A program made the translations under genes and the position numbers. Of a stretch of DNA of 64,000 nt, positions 1-12,200 are shown piece by piece. Source of the stretch: Camelus dromedarius (lineage: Eukaryota); assembly GCF_036321535.1 (NCBI RefSeq), contig NC_087447.1, positions 45,136,001 through 45,200,000 of the forward strand. Direction: 5' to 3'. Every line of letters starts with the position of its first letter. Within the stretch, counting starts at the first letter, position 1. Under the pieces are notes generated by a model, which saw only the letters and a program-made list of their open reading frames with translations, was not told the DNA's origin and searched no databases.

Positions 1-29
1 CGGCATCAAGACAACAGGTGCCTAACGGC

Positions 30-131
30 TAGTGATTCTCAACAAGGGCTGGGGGGGGGGGGGGGGATGTTCTCCCCAGGACACTTGGCAATGTCTGGAA
101 GGCTTTTTGGTTGTCACAGCTGGTGGGATGC
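30..131 (+). mobile_element. MER20-like hAT-Charlie DNA transposon fragment (truncated by gap; contains a G16 run at 51-66)
   Basis: TAGTGATTCTCAAC...GGACACTTGGCAATGTCTGGAAGGCTTTTTGGTTGTCACAGCTGG resembles the recalled MER20 5' consensus. Confidence 0.6.
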
Positions 132-261
132 NNNNNNNNNNNNNNNNNNNNNNNNNNNNNNNNNNNNNNNNNNNNNNNNNNNNNNNNNNNNNNNNNNNNN
201 NNNNNNNNNNNNNNNNNNNNNNNNNNNNNNNNNNNNNNNNNNNNNNNNNNNNNNNNNNNNN
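132..261. other. Assembly gap (130 N)
   Basis: Run of N. Confidence 1.
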
Positions 262-544
262 AACCTCACTCGATATAACAGCTCTTCTCCGCAGTCTCAA
301 ATGAACTTTTGCACTGTCCTTCACACACAAGAGATGAAGTGAGACATTCCCTTAGCATCTGTACCTTTAGTTATCCTATGCTTTCTCCACCAACTCTCCA
401 CTGTTTAATAGGGAAGAGGCACTACAGGGTCAAAGGAATATTTTTTTCTTCCCTCCATCAGGACCTCAGTTCCACGTCAGAAGGGAAGGAGTCAGCCTCT
501 CTTTGCCTTGACTCACAGACTACAGGCTCCTTCGTGACGCTTAC

Positions 545-775
545 CTGCAACAGCTCCGTTGTTGACCCCTGACACCGGCGCTCCAGGTCTGAGATGAGCT
601 CTCTCAGGGACTGGCTCTGCTGGACCAGCTCAGCCTCAGCTTTTGCTATGATGCTCAGACCCTTCTTCTTTTCCTCCTCCAGCTTCTTCAGTTGCCGCTG
701 CTCTTCTCTGTCCAGGACACTTCTCAACTGATCAAACTGCTTCTGGATCCTGCGTCTCTCAGGGTCCAGCTGATT
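545..775 (-). CDS. TRIM6: TRIM6 coiled-coil coding exon (231 nt)
   Basis: [77 protein letters not shown]; AG acceptor before 775, CAG|GTAAG donor after 545; 231 nt is the TRIM5/6/22/34 family exon size. Confidence 0.9.
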
Positions 776-1122
776 CTTCAGGAACATAGAAGAAAAAGAG
801 GCCTGAGGGTCTCCTGTTTAAGGGGTGGGGGAGGCAGGCTTGGCACTGCTGTCCTGGCCAGGTCTCACGGGGGGACGGGGAGTAATGCGGGACTTAGTCC
901 AACAGAATCTGTCCTTTCCTTCCTTTCTCCCTTTGCCTCTTCTCAGACCACTGGCCCCAGGCTGCCTTACCTAGGCTTCCCAGAGAGACTGATTCCTCGG
1001 GGAGAGGGGATATCTAAGGACATGGCATCAGCCTCCCTTTCCAATTTTGAATATTAGGGTAGGAATGATTGGCTTGTGCCTGAGCTATCTTTCCAAGTTT
1101 CAGAGCTCAAAACTGTAGAACA

Positions 1123-1281
1123 GGGGAGGCGGGAGGGTACAGCTCAGTGACAGAGCACGTGCTTAGCATGCACAAGGTCCTAGGTTCAACCCCCAGTACC
1201 TCTGTTAAAATAAATAAACAAACAAACAAACAAATAAATAAAAACCTAATTGCCTACCCACTCCCACACCCTTCCCCCCAA
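1123..1281 (+). mobile_element. tRNA-Ala-derived camelid-type SINE (vic-1-like)
   Basis: GGGAGGGTACAGCTCAGTGACAGAGCACGTGCTTAGCATGCACAAGGTCCTAGGTTCAACCCCCAGTACCTC plus A-rich tail; TSD AAAACTGTA(G/C)AACA at 1109-1122 and 1282-1295. Confidence 0.9.
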
Positions 1282-1552
1282 AAAACTGTACAACAAGGTC
1301 CAGAATCAGGAATTAGGGGCTGCCAAGGGCCATGGTTCCTCTCCTATGTGATTGTCTTCAAAATCCTAGATTCTCTTTGATATGTTCATTTTCTCACCCT
1401 CCCTTCCCTCCCCCTGGTTCTGCACCAAGAGCAACACTCTTGTTTGGAAGGGTTGTTGTGAAGGACTAGGCCAAGGAAGCACTTCTCGCCAGATCTGGGA
1501 ACAGACATGCCCTGGTTCCCCTCCAGGGCACCTTCAGAGGGATCACTCTTAC

Positions 1553-1648
1553 CTTCCAGGATGCCCTCTTCTCTCTGATAACAGCTGTTAATTTCTCAGC
1601 TTCCTGCTGCTCTTGCCTCAGCTTCTTCAGAGACGCCTGGAACTTCTC
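1553..1648 (-). CDS. TRIM6: TRIM6 coiled-coil coding exon (96 nt)
   Basis: [32 protein letters not shown]; TTCTTCCAG acceptor, AAG|GTAAGA donor; 96 nt, phase 0/0. Confidence 0.92.
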
Positions 1649-2141
1649 CTGGAAGAAAGACCTCAAGTCAAGCAGAGTCAAGCGTCGAACTGTCTCAGTA
1701 CCTAGACACAGCATGAATGGGGGAGAGATTACGCTGACCTCAGAAGAAGTCTGTCCTGGGGTGAAAAACTGAGAAGCCCAAAGCATCTTTTATAAACAGG
1801 GGATGGAAGCCAGTGGGATAGGCTGATTCTCTTTTCTCCGGGGAAAAGAACTTGACCAAGAAGCCCTTTAAGTCATTTACTCTCTCTGCCAACATACACC
1901 CTGCATTCTACCTGCCCAGCCCCCGCCTGGCCACCAGCAGCATCCTCTACTCATGCAGAGCTGACCTGGAGCAGCGAGAAAAAGTCTCTACTCTTGGCAA
2001 GGGGAGGGAAGGAGTTCTTTTTCTAGGTTCAGCCTCTAGGTAAATGAGAGAACTACAAAGAAGTTAGATTAGAGCATAAAAAAAGGTTCAGATCTACAAG
2101 GATTCTGTTCCTGCCTGTCTTCCCTCCATCTGGGCTCGCAC

Positions 2142-2564
2142 CTGGTACTCCTGGGCAACCTCCTCCACGAGGAATGTGTGGTGACCACAGTGCTCCTGGG
2201 ACCGCTCGCAAAGCCAGCAAATGAGCTTCCCATCCTCCTTACAGAAGAGCTGGAGTTTCTCTCCATGGTGTACACATACAGTCACCTGCAGTTGCTTCCC
2301 CGAGCCCAGCACCACCTCTCTGAGCCTCTCCGCTATGTTGGCCAGGTGCCGATTGGGCCGCAGGTTCCCAGGCCAGTAGCTGGTCTGGCACACGGGACAG
2401 CTGCTCTCCTCTTCTTGGCAGAAGCCCAGCTCCTGGCTACTCCCTGTGATGCAGTCTTGGCAGAAGCTGTGGCCACAGTCTATGCTCAGGGGTTCTGTCA
2501 GGAGCTCCAGGCAGATTGGGCAGGTCACTTCATCTTGGATGTCCACCAGGATTCCTGAAGTCAT
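2142..2564 (-). CDS. TRIM6: TRIM6 RING + B-box2 coding part of exon (exon spans 2142-2631; ATG at 2564)
   Basis: [38 protein letters not shown]...[23 protein letters not shown]...[45 protein letters not shown]; the upstream [10 protein letters not shown] matches recalled human TRIM6; acceptor CCCAG|G at 2631, donor CAG|GTGCGA at 2142. Confidence 0.93.
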
Positions 2565-4019
2565 TGTAGCCACTCTCCTGGCTCCTGCCTGCCCAGCCCT
2601 GACTTCCAAGGTGCTTCTTGCGTATAGGATCCTGGGCAGACAGGCAAACAAAAAAAGTGCTCAGGGTAAGAAAGGAGGGAAGCTGACTGTTCTGGATAGA
2701 GGTCAGACACCTGGGGTAACAAGGGCTTCACATTCTAACTTCAAAATGTTCTTTGCCCCTGCTCCCAGGAGGTGTCATGAGGAAATACTCAGTGCTCCAG
2801 AATGAGACAGATAAATTCAGGACTCGGACCAGGTCTGTGTTACTGCAGTCAGTGCCCTCTTGTTCAACTTCATGCTGCAGGGAAAGGGAAGCAGCCCCTG
2901 TCCTGGGGCTGTGCTGCCAGGAGTGAGGCAGGGGCGGGCTGGAGAAGGAGCCTCGGGATGACTGAGGGAGAGCTCTAGGAAGGAGGGGACCAGCAGGCCG
3001 AGAGATGTGGTTTAATCTGTGTACCGCTGAAATCAGTTCCTCCCTCGCTATGATAAGTCACCGGAGCCAATGTGTAGAAGAGTCTCAATAAAAACAAGTT
3101 GTCACTACACTTCTACTGTCACTGCTCTTCCATCCTTCAGTGCTCTGCCCTCTTACCAGGAGGAAAAGAGCCTCTTCAACATTTTTACTGGGAATAGGAA
3201 TAGAACAATGTCTGGCAGGAGGATAGTGCTACATAAGTCTTGTTGTAGGAATGAACACATCACTTTCTCGCACCCTTTCCTATCTTCTTACCTTTTTTAG
3301 ACCCAGGAGAAAAATCCACTATCTCAGTTCATAACAAGATTTAATAGGACGGCATTTAAGGTCCACGTTAGAACGCTGGACCTGACCCAGCAGTTTCTGT
3401 GCACTGGGTGCAAGGGTCAGTTATGAAAGCTAGTAGCTTCTGTAACAAGACAACTAAGGATGCTGGAACTTACCCTGACTTTTAACTTTTTTGTCTGTGC
3501 TGAATCAAAATAGATGTCTTCCTGGAAAAACACCTTTGTTCTCATTCTTGAAAGTTTTCAGTCATTAAATCATATTGCTGTTGTCTTAAATCATGTAACT
3601 TTTAAAAGACATTCTAAATTACTTACCTACTTAATTATTTTTACTATTCTAGCATTGAATCACTCTCATTGGAAGCCATTTGCTCTGCTTGCCCAGATGA
3701 AGTCTAGTCTGGACCACCAAAGACGAGCCAGCCAGTCGACAGAAGCACTGACTTATCCCTGACCCCGGCTGTGACCCTCAGGGACAGGATGCACCTGTAC
3801 AGGGTGGCTGAGGGCAGGTGTGACACTGTAATTCTTTCTGTCTGGTCCCCCAGCAAAGGCAGATGTGCACTGATGTACAACACCATCAGCGTGGATGTAA
3901 TTTAAGAACACAAGGTCTGTTAGCTCGGCAGCAGTAGGGAAGGGATGCGGTTAAACCGAGGAAGTATGATTTGCTTTGCAGAAACTAACCATTAAGTTGC
4001 AGAAAGTCCCAAACACTAG

Positions 4020-5030
4020 ATGTTCCAAAAAGGTTACTCTGCCCTAGAAGTCCTCTGTGCTCTACCTATTCATACTCACACCCCAACCCCTGGTAACCAC
4101 TGATAATTTTATTGTCTCTATAGTTTTGCCTTTTCTGGAATATCATGTAGTTGGAATCATGCAGTGATGTATGTCTTCATGTACTTGTCCAAATCCATAG
4201 AAGGTACAACACCAAGACTGAGCCATAAAGTAAACTATGGACTTTGGGTGATTACGGTGTGCCAATGTAGGTACATCAACTGTAACAAATGTACCACTGT
4301 GGTGGCAGTTGGTGATAACCGAGAATCTACGCATGTGTGAGGGCAGAGGGTATACATAAAAATCTCTGCACCTTCCCCTCAGTTTTGCCGGGAACTTAAA
4401 ACTGTTCTAAAAAAAATAACATCTTAATAAAAAATTTTTGATGATACAACATTTACTATTTTAACTGAAGGTCCATTCCATCTCCCCCAACACACACATC
4501 ACACATTTATTTCGGGTAAATGTGTACTTGATATACATGACTCTCTTGGGGGAGAGTTTCTGCTTCATAAATGCAATGAAGTAGCTAAAAACTGGAAATA
4601 ATTCATAAAACCATTAACTGGTAAATAAACAAACTGTGGTATATGCAAATAATGGCATATCACCAAACAATAAAATGGAAATACTGATAAATACAACAGA
4701 AATCTCAAAAGCCTTATATGAAGTGAAAGAACCTAGACAGCAAGAATAAGTTACTGTATGATTCCACTTATATGAAATCCTAGAAAAGACAGAACTCTAC
4801 TATCTGAAATCAGATTAGTGGATGCCAGGGCCCAGAGCTGTGAGAAAGGGATGAATTGCAAAAAAAAAATTGGGGAGAGTGATGGAAATGTCCTTTATAT
4901 ATCATGACTGTGCCGGTGGTTACACAACCATATACATGTCAAAACTCACGGAATTGTATGCTCAAAATTGCTAACTTATTAGATGTGAATTATAATTCAT
5001 TAGAGCTAACGAAAACAGAAGACATGCAGT
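4020..5030. mobile_element. Old L1 (L1M-type) 3'-end fragments in both orientations
   Basis: Typical L1M 3' motifs (CCCTGGTAACCACTGAT..., GTAAACTATGGACTTTGGGTGATT..., ACTGTATGATTCCACTTATATGAAAT...). Confidence 0.7.
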
Positions 5031-5079
5031 GAGAAAAATTGAAGGCTTGACTTTCTGATCTTCTCAATACAAATTAGAA

Positions 5080-5510
5080 CTGTGTTGTCAATATATGGTA
5101 GCCACACCATTTGAGCACTTGAAATGTGGCTAGTCAGAAAGGAGATGTTTTAATTTTTTTTTTAATTTTTAGGAGGAGGTAATTAGGTTTATGAATTTAT
5201 TAATGGAGGTACTGGGGATTGAACCCAGGACCTCATGCATGCTAAGCAGGCACTCTGCTGGCGAGCTATACCCTCTCCAGAAAGGAGATGTTTTAAATAT
5301 GAAATACACATCGGATTTCAAAGGTTTGGTAAGCAAAAATAATCTAAAATATTTCATTAACAGACTTTTTGCATTGATTACATGTTCTAAATATATTTTG
5401 GAAGCATGGAGTTAAATATATTAAAATAAATTTCACCTGTTTCCTCTAACTTTCTAAGGAGGGCATTAGAAAATTTAAAATTATATATGTGGCCCTATTA
5501 TATTTCTGTA
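5080..5510 (+). mobile_element. MER33-like hAT-Charlie MITE interrupted by a SINE
   Basis: TTGAGCACTTGAAATGTGGCTAGT...AAATACACATCGGATTTCAAAG...AATTTCACCTGTTTC...TAGAAAATTTAAAATTA resembles the recalled MER33 consensus. Confidence 0.7.
5154..5278 (-). mobile_element. tRNA-Ala-derived camelid-type SINE
   Basis: Reverse-complement SINE head; perfect 18-bp TSD AGAAAGGAGATGTTTTAA at 5136-5153 and 5279-5296. Confidence 0.92.
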
Positions 5511-5739
5511 TTTCTTTTCCATCTAATGCTCTATATGAACTATCCAAGGCAGAGGAAGATTCTTGAACAGAAAAGATTATAGAAGAGTTGTTGTCTCTTG
5601 TCAAAGGGTAAAGTTGAGGTTGGGGAAAGGAAGGAGGGGCGCATAATGTCAGCTAAAATTCAGCTGGAAAGGGTTTGGGTAACCCCTGCCCACATGCCAG
5701 CGAGCCCTTGACCACTGGTGTGCAGCCCAGAGGACACGG

Positions 5740-5937
5740 GAGATCTGGATTATGTAAACTGTCAACAATACATCATTTGATGTACAGCCTTCTAGGTCAA
5801 AAAACTTATATAACCATGCCTTGATTTCAAATGGGTGGAACTCAGAGTTTTCTAAGATGCTCTTCCTGGGTTATGATCCTCAAATTTGGCTCAAATAAAA
5901 TTTTCCATTTTTTGCTTGGATTGATTTTTTGTGGACA
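5740..5937 (+). mobile_element. ERV1 (MER4-group-like) LTR 3' portion
   Basis: ATCCTCAAATTTGGCTCAAATAAAATTTTCC...TTTTTGTGGACA: polyA signal, U5-like segment and terminal CA; homologous to the insert at 48121-48264. Confidence 0.6.
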
Positions 5938-7899
5938 GTACAAAGGCCTCTGGGCTGCCTACTTTCCATCAGGAGAAAGCAAGCTGAGAAAAATTTTCAG
6001 CTACCATTAACGGGTTGTTTCTTCAGATGAAGCCAAAGAACATGATGAGAAAGGAAAGATGCCTCAGACTGGGGTGAGCCAAAAGCCATGGAGAATAGTG
6101 GATTGAGGAGTTGATTGGGGAGCCACTCTGAGAGAGCAGAACCCAACTCGGGCCCCGCCTCAAGAGCAGTGTGGGTGGGCAGACAGTCCGGCTGTGAGGA
6201 TGCAGATCCCAGAGCCTGAGGGGATGGGCCCTGTGGGTCAAATTAGCAAATGAAAGAGGCCAAATTCAAGACCAGCTAAATCCGAAGCGGGAGCAGGAGC
6301 TCAGGCCATCTAACTAGCCGCGCTGGCAGCGGTGGGGGCCTCACGGAGACCAGCTCTGTATCTGCACTTTCATAAGATCTCTGGTGATTCATCTGCATAT
6401 TAAGGTTTCAGAAACACTGCTTTCAATGAGGGCGCCTTCTTCCCAGGTGAATACAACTTAGGACGCAAAACAGAAAGAGGTGAGGGTGGCTGAGGAGGGC
6501 CAGAGAATGGACTGACACTTAGATCTGAAGCACCTATGAGAATGGAAGCCCACATTTCAATATTAAAATGGCTTTCAGTATAAATGTCAGTGACTGGGTA
6601 GTGGATACCTAACACTGGTCCAGGCTGGGGGCTCAGAATGAAAGTTAGAAATAAGGTAGGCAGGACTGCACCCCATCTCTGCGTTCCGGTGTAAATAGAG
6701 TAAAAGTCTAAACAGGTAGCAACTGCATTCATAAATGAGATGGGATTCTGCTGAGAAAATTATATTTTTTACCCTTTTGTAGGGTTCTATTCCACTTTAA
6801 CCAATTATCTGGAGTTGATTAAAAACAAGAAGCACTTAGTAAATATTTGAATTGGAGCATAGTTTCATTTTTTTTTCAAACTTCAAAAAATCACTGCCTC
6901 ATGCATTCAAAACTTACAATGATTTAATAACTGCGAATTCTTAAAATATGGTCCTACACAGGGGTTCTTCTCTCTGTGTTACATAATCCATTAACTAAGG
7001 ATTTTATAGGATAGATAATACACTTATTTTTTCTGCATTTGTGATATCTCACTTGTAATTTCTGATTTTTTCCATATTCCATATTTAATATTTTCTTTAA
7101 AGTGATACCTTAAAAAACTTTAATATTTACCCTGTCTCAGTGTAAGCAATAAAAACCTGTCAAATCATGAATTTGAGGTGTGGGTATATTTTTCTAGTTT
7201 ACATCCAATTCAAATAGGCAACTGAACATTTTGGAAGTTTATTCATATAACACCAAAAATCATCTCAGGGGTCATCAATCGGAAACACTGAATTAATCAA
7301 ATTAAAGCATGCTGTGGAGCACACATGACAGACTCATTTTTTATGTAATTCCTAATTTTTTAAACTATGCTGTATTTTAACTTATTTAGATGTCGGAAGT
7401 AGTCATATTCTCCTTTATCTTAGTGCATTTTTACATATTTTATTCCCTGTTCTTTCAAAAATTATTTTAGTTTGTATTTTTTTAAAGCAAGGCATTGAGT
7501 TCGTCAATAATAACTTAATATTTTGAGTATTTACGATTGTTCACGCACTCTCCTGTTTTTAAACCTCTGTCTCACTTAATCCTCACCCAAACTCTAGAAT
7601 ATAAGTATTACTCTGTCCATTTTATGGATGGAAGAAATTGAACCTCAAAGAGGTCAGGCAACAGGTTGGGGGCACACAGCCTGCATCTAAGTGTCAGAGG
7701 CGGATTTTGAATACAGACCCTCTCGCCGCAGCACCCAGGCTCTTAACCACGCATTTCTGTCTTCACTAATTGATAGATTAAATGATGAGCTCATTCAAGG
7801 TGAGGATGAAAGAAAAATAAAGATGAATTACCTGTATTATGAGCTCCAAAAGGGAAGGGACATCATTTCTTTCACTGCCTGGTCACTTCTCCCAGGAGT

Positions 7900-8900
7900 G
7901 ACAGTAAGTGGCCCGCCCCGTCATAGATGGCAGACAGCTCCGGGTGACAGGCACATCGAGGCCCCAGATGCGAGCCTCCAGGTGGTCAAGGCTCTTCTGG
8001 GCAAACCAAGGAGTTTTAAAAAGATTCTGAGGAACATAGGGCGCCCACTCCTTTGGTCTTTTTTTTATCCCAACTCAACCGCGAACGGCCCGGCTCCCTT
8101 CGGGGAAATGCAGGACTCTGGGGAGCCAGCCTGGCCTTTGCACAGACCCCGCATGCCGGGCTGGGTGCGGAAGGCTCATCTCCCAACTCTCTGGGAGGAG
8201 TCAGGGCCTCCTGGGGACGGGTGAGGGGATAAACGGTGCTCACTTCCTGGAGCAGAGAGGCTGGGGTGGGGGAAGGGCTGCTGACCTCCGGATCCACGCC
8301 AGTCCCAGGGTCGGCCGGCCTTCCCTCACAAAACTTTCAGGGCTGCCTCTCCTACATCCTATACCTCCTAGAATCGGGGTTTAATGATCACTAGCCACTA
8401 CTTTAATCATCACTACCTACACAAAGTACCCAGTTCCAAAGGTGCCTCCTTCATGCTCCCTTCCCGAATTGGAGTCAACTCAAAAGTGCAGAGGTCCCCC
8501 TCACTCTGCCTCCGCCCGCGAACCCCACAACGCACCTGGAGGGCGGGTCAAACTCTCAGTACTAGTGGGGACAGCGGTGGCGGGCCAGAAAATGGATTCG
8601 CTCACCAGCCTGGAATGTGTGGCCTGGGTCAGAGCCGAGGATTTACAGCTAATGCCGCGTCCAGCAGAGCTGACAGACTCGTGGCGAAGGGGCGGGGCGA
8701 GGGGGGAGGAGAGGATGCGGATAGGGCCGGTTGGTCCCGCGCCGCGCAGGGTCCTGCGCTCCAGGGGTGTGGTCGCCGGGCCCACCCAGCTGCCGGGGAG
8801 CTGTTCCGCTTACCTGATGAGCGGCAAGTTCTGAGGCCCTGGGGAGCCCGGGAAGGCCAGGGAGGGCGCGTGTAAATCGTCTTCGCTTTAGCTTTCAGAA
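7900..8900 (-). promoter_or_regulatory. TRIM6: CpG island / TRIM6 promoter with candidate non-coding first exon ending at 8814
   Basis: Dense CpG, GC box GGGGCGGGGC near 8690, strong minus-strand donor CAG|GTAAGC at 8814/8813; about 6 kb upstream of the RING exon. Confidence 0.7.
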
Positions 8901-9089
8901 CTCATGTCGGTGTTAATAATACTGAGAATACACATTTGTACTCCACGTTAAACTATCAGTTAAAACGTCCGAATGAAAGTATCTAAAGTTATACGAGTGA
9001 GTAAAGATAACCGCTTGGCATCACAATGGCATGTTCTGCAAAAAGATCGTTAAACTTTATTAGTCTAAAATTACGAATGTAATTTAAAT

Positions 9090-9118
9090 ATTACAGGTGT
9101 CAAAATGACACCTGTAAT
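9090..9118. repeat. Perfect inverted repeat, 13-bp arms, 3-nt loop
   Basis: ATTACAGGTGTCA-AAA-TGACACCTGTAAT. Confidence 0.9.
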
Positions 9119-9329
9119 TTTAACCTGTGTAAACTGAGAGACTGCAAAAGTTTGTTCTTATGGCCTTATGAATACATACAAAGCTTATAAAGCCCCAGGA
9201 ACTGTAGCTTCAGGGTGTCAATAGCACAGCAACTCTGACAAGAAAAGGAAGGCTGAACTTCCGGTCCCAAGGAAACTGACCTGGTCTGGAAGGTGAATGG
9301 AGGGAGGAGGGTGTCCAGATAAAAATTTG

Positions 9330-10260
9330 AAGAGAGAGCTGGGTGATGTAGCATATTTTCAGGTTTCATCTATGTTGTAACCTGAGTATTTTATTCCTTT
9401 GATGGCTGAATGATACTCAACTGTATGGATTTTCGGCATTTTGCTTATCCACGCATCAGTTTTTAGACATTTGGATTTTTACTGTTTGGCTATTACGAAT
9501 AATGCGGCTATGAATTCTCTTGTACAAGTTGGTTTTTTTGTTTTGTTTTGTTTTGTTTTGTTTGAAACATGGTCTTTTTATTTCTCTTGCCCAAGAATAG
9601 AATTACTGGATTATGTATTTAGTTTTTGGGGGGATATTCCAGACTGTTTTCCACAGTGATTATACTATTTTGCATTCCCACCAGCAGTAAAGAAGGGTTC
9701 AATTTTTCCACATCTTTACCAATACTTGTCATTATGTATCTTTTCTATTATAGTTATCTTATTGAGAGTAAATTGGTATCTCATCAATATTTTAATTTGC
9801 ATGTCTCTTTAGCATCTTTTCATATAATTTATTATCCATTTGCATATCTGTTTTTGAGAAATGTCTATTCAAATTTTTTACCCATTTTTAATTGGGTAAT
9901 TAAAATTTAATTTGTCTTTTTCTTATTAAGAGATCTTTATGTATTTTAGATATAAGTCCTTTACGAGTTCTGTTATTTGTAAATATCTTCTCCCGTTGTA
10001 CGAGTTGTCTTTTCATTTTCTAAACAGCATCCTTTGAAGAACAAGGTTTTAATTGTGATGAAATTCAATCTTTTTGTCATTTGTATTTTTGATGTCGTAT
10101 CTATGAAGGCTTTGCCTAATCCAAAGTCATAAAGATTTACTCCCATATTTTTTTCTAAAAGTTTTACAGTTTAACTCTTACACTTAGGTCTATGATCTAA
10201 GTTCATTTTTATTGTGTGAGATAGGATTTCAGTCTTATTCTTTTGCATGTGTGTATCCTT
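9330..10260 (-). mobile_element. Old L1 (L1M-type) 3'/ORF2-end fragment
   Basis: TATACTATTTTGCATTCCCACCAGCAGT...TTTCCACATCTTTACCAATACTTG...GAAATGTCTATTCAAAT...TTTAGGTCTATGATC. Confidence 0.8.
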
Positions 10261-11399
10261 TTGCCCCAGGACCATATTCTTTCCCTGTTGAATTGTTTTG
10301 ACATTTCTGGGAAACCACTAAGGAGTTTTAATGAGGTAGGGGTGTGTGTGTGTGTGTGTATGTTTGAGAGAGACAGAGACAGACAGGAAGATAGGAAGGG
10401 GCAGGTGGTGGAGAATGACATGTTCTGAATATCTAAATGTTATCTAAGAAAAGATCACCTGGCAGCATTGAGCAGGTTGAAGAGGGCTGGAGGTGACAAA
10501 AAGTGCCTAAATCCAGAGGAGTAAATGTCTAGCTATTGTTGTAGAATGGAGGAGAAAGTGTTCAGCTAGGTGCTACTGAGTGTGGATAGAAGAGAGTGAA
10601 TTTGTGAATAACTGGTGTTCTCTTCATGAAGGTTTTCTGTGCTTTCTCCCCAAGCTTGGATCACACATTAAACCTGCAAAGTTCCCTACATTTCTCCAGC
10701 CAGCTACTGAAGTCTGGCAGGGGAGGTAAAACTCTCTGAAGGGATGGTGAAGGCTGCCTGGCTTCACTTGCCTATACCTGCAAATGCTGAGAAAGACAGA
10801 AAGTAAGGAAAGCTTCTGGAAGTGGGAAGTATCTTGAAGGGACAGGAGAGGCCAGGAAATCTCCTACAGAGCCGAATTTAAATACATTCAGTCATTCCAA
10901 GTCCAGAACACTACAGCACCAATCAGAAAGCAGGAAGAGAAAGAAATGTGCGTCCTAAGTAAGGAAGAACTGTGTCAGGATTCTAAAGAACAGCAGTGAC
11001 AAAGGGCTTTGAAATAACAACGGAAGCCAGTAGATGGTGATATTGAGGTCCCAGCCTCGGTGATCGTTTCTTTTCCTCCACAGTTTAAAACAAAGAAAAC
11101 AGGCCTACATCCCACATATTAAAAATAATTAACTAGGAGAATTGAATCGAAGCATAATTGAAGTGTGGTTAAGAGTGAGTGAAGCAGTGACTAATTTCGG
11201 TTTTATTGCTTGCTCCCCACGCCTATATTAATGTTATTAAGTCCATATTGTTTCTGGGATCCATATATTTTTTGTAAGCACTTAAAAATTCTGGAGTCTA
11301 AAATTGAGTATTGAAGGCAGAAAAGAGCATGGGAAAACTTGACTACCTTGTGGAGAATAGGTGAAGTTCATCTTGTTCAAAAGGGGAATGGAATGTTGG

Positions 11400-12200
11400 G
11401 GTGATGCCCGAGGAATCAAAAAAGACCTCCCCTGCTCCAGAGAAGATCAGTACCTCCCCAGCCTCCACATCTCCCATTCTCACACGTTCCTCCTCATAAC
11501 ACTCACCACCACTCACTGCTTTGAGACCATTAGGAGCAATGGCATTACATTCTATTCCTGTTATGCCAGATGTGGAAAGCTCATGATTCAAGGTCATCAC
11601 TCAGATCCTCATCTCTATAGGCTCTGGATACCCTAGTTTTGCTTCCATATACCACCCCTCTCCAATTTTTGAAATCCTTTACTGGATAATCTAGGACTCA
11701 TAGTCAGCCATCAGCAAAATCCCCTATATTATCAATGTTGTCTTGGAATATTCTTACTACTTTCTTGGCTAACTGAAACCTGGCTCTCTAGAGTACATTT
11801 ATTCACTCTTTCCCACACTTCTCAGATCTCCTGGCCTGGAGGTGGGGTTAATCGTCATCCCTGCACCTTCCCACTGATCCCCTCCCTTCAATTAAAATAT
11901 AAAACTCTAGTATCTTTTCATCACTTTATTATACTACACCTCTCACTAGCCCCCCATATTCCAGTTATCTACCCATTGGCTCATCCCTGGCTATTCGTCT
12001 TCTTTCCCAGGTAGTGTCTGCTTCTGTCTGTCTGTCTCTCTCCCTTTCTCTCCCTCCATAAGTCTCAAGAATCTTATCAAGACTCTTGATAACTTCAATA
12101 CTGATGTAAATGATCCTTGCTTATTCTGAACTTCAATTCTATTCATCACTTCTCCAAAAATGAACATGTCTTTCATCTTCATCCTTCCTCAGTCTCTCAC
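11400..12200 (+). mobile_element. L2 LINE internal (endonuclease-region) relic
   Basis: CTAACTGAAACCTGGCTC (LTETWL-like) within pyrimidine-rich L2-type sequence. Confidence 0.55.

Noticed and set aside
22-342. ORFs spanning N runs (also 17590-17859)
   Set aside because: Artefacts of translating through assembly gaps
262-544. Search for the 23-nt TRIM6 exon following the 231-nt exon
   Set aside because: No convincing AG...GT-flanked match; it is presumably in the gap or left of the window
1123-1210. tRNA-Ala-like sequences (also at 5200-5278, 26530-26604, 56541-56620, 62123-62200)
   Set aside because: A-rich tails, TSDs and stem-breaking substitutions show they are SINEs, not tRNA genes
2094-2651. 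Possible TRIM5, TRIM34, TRIM22 or TRIMCyp identity
   Set aside because: The [13 protein letters not shown] leader, the LSIDCGH RING and adjacency to OR52B6 fit TRIM6; no cyclophilin sequence seen; the SPRY exons lie outside the window
7691-8875. Long ORFs of 130-177 aa in the CpG island
   Set aside because: Stop-poor GC-rich DNA with overlapping ORFs in several frames and no recognisable domain
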